64,000 bases of DNA from Fistulifera solaris (Eukaryota), in the NCBI GenBank assembly GCA_030295235.1, contig AP026169.1:186001-250000 (forward strand), written 5' to 3'. A program made the position numbers and the translations under genes. The notes beneath the pieces are model-generated. The model was given only the letters and a program-made list of their open reading frames with translations, was not told the DNA's origin and did no database searches. Position 1 is the first letter of the stretch; each line of letters begins with the position of its first letter. Positions 61,521 through 64,000 of this stretch are shown one piece after another.

Positions 61521-63373
61521 ATGCCATCATCAGCGCGTAAACGAAAGTCTGACGATGTGTCGGATGCTAGCGACAGCGAGACATACTCGAAGGAGAGTAG
61601 CGACAATGCAAAGAATAAGCGAGGATCGGGCCGCCAGGATCGTACCGAAGACCTCACTCCCCGGCGTAAGAAGGCGCGAACAGAACAGACAGGAAGCATG
61701 GGAATTGAGATTCCAGAGGGGATGACGAAGAAAGAATGGGTGGCGATGCGGAAAAAGAATTGCAGAAGAAGTATGAAGCTGGAGGTATGTTCAGCAAAAA
61801 TGGAATGCCGGCTGTAACAGCGCCTACTGCTGCGAAGTCTCCTGCTACGAAACCTTCTCCCAAGAGAAAGGTACCTTATGAAGCTCCGGCTGCTTCGTCA
61901 CGCCCGGTAAGCCGGCCCCCGTCACTGCCCCGACCGGTGCCTCGCGGGGTAACCCTTTTCCTCGGCGTCCATCGGGCCCTTTCAATTCCCCCTGTTCCGA
62001 ACATGCAGTTTTCAGCTTCCGCCAAAAACAACGGCCCGCATATTCCTGACTTTAGTAAAGTTAATGCTACGAAGTCTCCAACAGAATATCTCTCTCCTCG
62101 TAGCAGCTCATCAGCAAAGGTTGAGTTTGTTGACGAAAGTCCTGCGGGGAGTGTCACAACCAACGAAAACCTGGAGGAGGTTCAATCGCAAGTGGAACCC
62201 CCAACTAACTATGTTGCTCCGGTCGACCGCTCCGATCCAAGCTGGGGCAGATTCCTTTGCGCCATCATGTGCATCTTCGTCATGGGTATTTCACTATTAA
62301 TTGGTTTGATAATTGTTCCCGGTGGATCAGGTGGAAACTTTAAGATGGTGGTTCCAAGTGTCTCGACTTCTTCCACGCGATGCTTTCATGATAATCCAAA
62401 GCCTGTTGAAGAATCTGATGAGGAACCTGTGGTTCCAATAATCGTGGAACGCTGCAAGGGAGTACCATTATCGTCTTGGTTGAGCTGTCCGGAGGGAGCA
62501 ATATGTTCGCAAGGACTTTTACGGCAATGTGCCCATCCAAAGTACTACGATGTAAGCCCTGGGCATGATGAGTGTATACTGAGCATATCCACACAGAAAA
62601 CGATTTCCGACGTTGTGAGTTGGATGGAGCTAGCATCGGTGGTTCATGCGTGTCAACCTGGAGGTAATCCGTATGCCCTTGACAGAGATGGCGCAGGATA
62701 TCCCTCTTTTGGCCTATCTCAAGTGTTGGGCGAGTTGGATATCGAATGGGATCCTGTGCTTATTCGAATTTTGAAAGATCTTGAAGGCGTGATCAAGCTT
62801 GAGCTGCAGCCCGACAACAACTATACAGTCGCGCTGGACGAAAATCATATCGTTGTCCTACCTCGAAAGTGCCGGATCAAAAAGGTACTTGTCGGAGTTA
62901 TGAATGGTACTCTAGGAGCATTTTGGGGTGTCGTTCGCATGCTCTTGGGCTGGTTCCTGCAAGTAAGTTCCATTTACATGGAGTTACTGTTTGAGATTCC
63001 GGCACAAACATTGGCGTTCTCTATCGTTTTACCAGTTGTCGGATGGCTTGTCGTATCGTACCTGCAAACTCGCCGCCGCGAGGCGATCGAGACGAGCTTG
63101 CTGAACAATGACCGGGTATTTGTCCGTCAAGAAGTGTACAAGGTGCTCCGCAGTGAACCCAACAAGAATCACATTGTCTTGCAAGTACGAGATCAGATTT
63201 TGTACGACCCCAATCTCAGTTATCACTCCGACTCGAAAGCCCGTAACCGCGTCATAAAAAAAGTTTGGAGTAAAGTGGTAGCCGATCTACAGAAAGACAA
63301 CCGCATCGTGAAAGCCCGAATCAACACGAATAAGGGTGTATGTGACTCGTGGAAGTGGGGTAGCGACCTTTGA
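61521..63373 (+). CDS. Man1/Src1-like inner nuclear membrane protein (MSC domain); frameshift ~61705
   Basis: Basic NLS-like N-terminus, TM helix, luminal CPEGAIC..G...C, a second TM region, and a C-terminal IVLQVRD..KKVWSKVV..LQKDNRI...WKW winged-helix pattern. Confidence 0.7.
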
Positions 63374-63746
63374 GACACATTATGGAAAGATTCTTTTTAC
63401 AAGTTATTTATCTAATAGATGATATGCTTATGAGAGATAAAGCTTCTGGCACATATTTTTTAGTCTCGCGTGGTTGTCCTGCGTGGAGTGACGTGTGACG
63501 TAAGCTGCTGACCGGTACGACGCAAAGAAGATCGAAGGACAGACGGTGGACACGTACGTGTTTTTTGCTTCCTTTCCTGTTTTCTCGATGATGTCGTGCG
63601 TGATGTCGGTAGCGGAAAGCAAAAATGGTCGACGACAACAACGGCTACGGAACGATCTATCATTGATAAACATCACAAATCAGCGAGACCGAACTGCATC
63701 TTTACCTTTATCAATAATAATAATCATAATAATAATAATAACAAAA

Positions 63747-64000
63747 ATGAGAATTCTTGTTACCAGCGTCATTGCCTTGGCTTCATCCGCGGCCGCCTTC
63801 TCGCCCATCATTACCAGCCGCTCTTTTCCGGCCACCACTTTGGAGGCTTCCAAATGTGGCCAGTACGACTTTGATGTGGCCATCATCGGCTGCGGTGTCG
63901 GTGGTCACGGAGCGGCCCTGCATGCGCGTGCACAAGGCTTGGAGACGGCCGTCTTCTCCGGAGCGGATATTGGCGGTACTTGCGTGAACCGAGGTTGTGT
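63747..64000 (+). CDS. DLD: Plastid dihydrolipoamide dehydrogenase (5' part; runs off the window)
   Basis: [20 protein letters not shown] presequence; [30 protein letters not shown]. Confidence 0.88.
   Translation, partial: MRILVTSVIALASSAAAFSPIITSRSFPATTLEASKCGQYDFDVAIIGCGVGGHGAALHARAQGLETAVFSGADIGGTCVNRGC

Noticed and set aside
4864..63373. Apparent cluster of chromosome and chromatin genes (CUL4, CAP-D2, HIRA, RAD52, Man1-like)
   Set aside because: They are spread over ~58 kb among unrelated genes, with no evidence of anything beyond chance.

Overview
Gene-dense eukaryotic nuclear DNA, almost certainly from a diatom or close stramenopile. It has short GT-AG introns, bipartite signal + ASAF-like plastid presequences and protein families typical of diatoms. 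About 27 protein-coding genes are supported, including a CTD phosphatase, a bZIP factor missed by the ORF track, CUL4, NAGS, proteasome beta7, ATG5, CAP-D2, HIRA, RAD52, a Man1/Src1-like protein and a plastid DLD. Many conserved genes carry small indels, often at homopolymer runs, which look like long-read assembly errors. The accessory part is 20.8-28.7 kb. It holds a three-level transposon nest: a Gypsy-type LTR element with 164/163-bp LTRs and no PR/RT/RH, inside a CTAG- or TA-flanked TIR element, inside a duplicated hAT end. A ~2.3-kb AT-rich, almost ORF-free island follows directly and resembles a diatom centromere. Other highlights are a membrane adenylate-cyclase homologue lacking both metal-binding aspartates, a plastid-targeted 4x repeat protein, and an uncharacterised A-B-A-B Cys/His domain protein. 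All calls come from motif recognition by eye; no searches were run.
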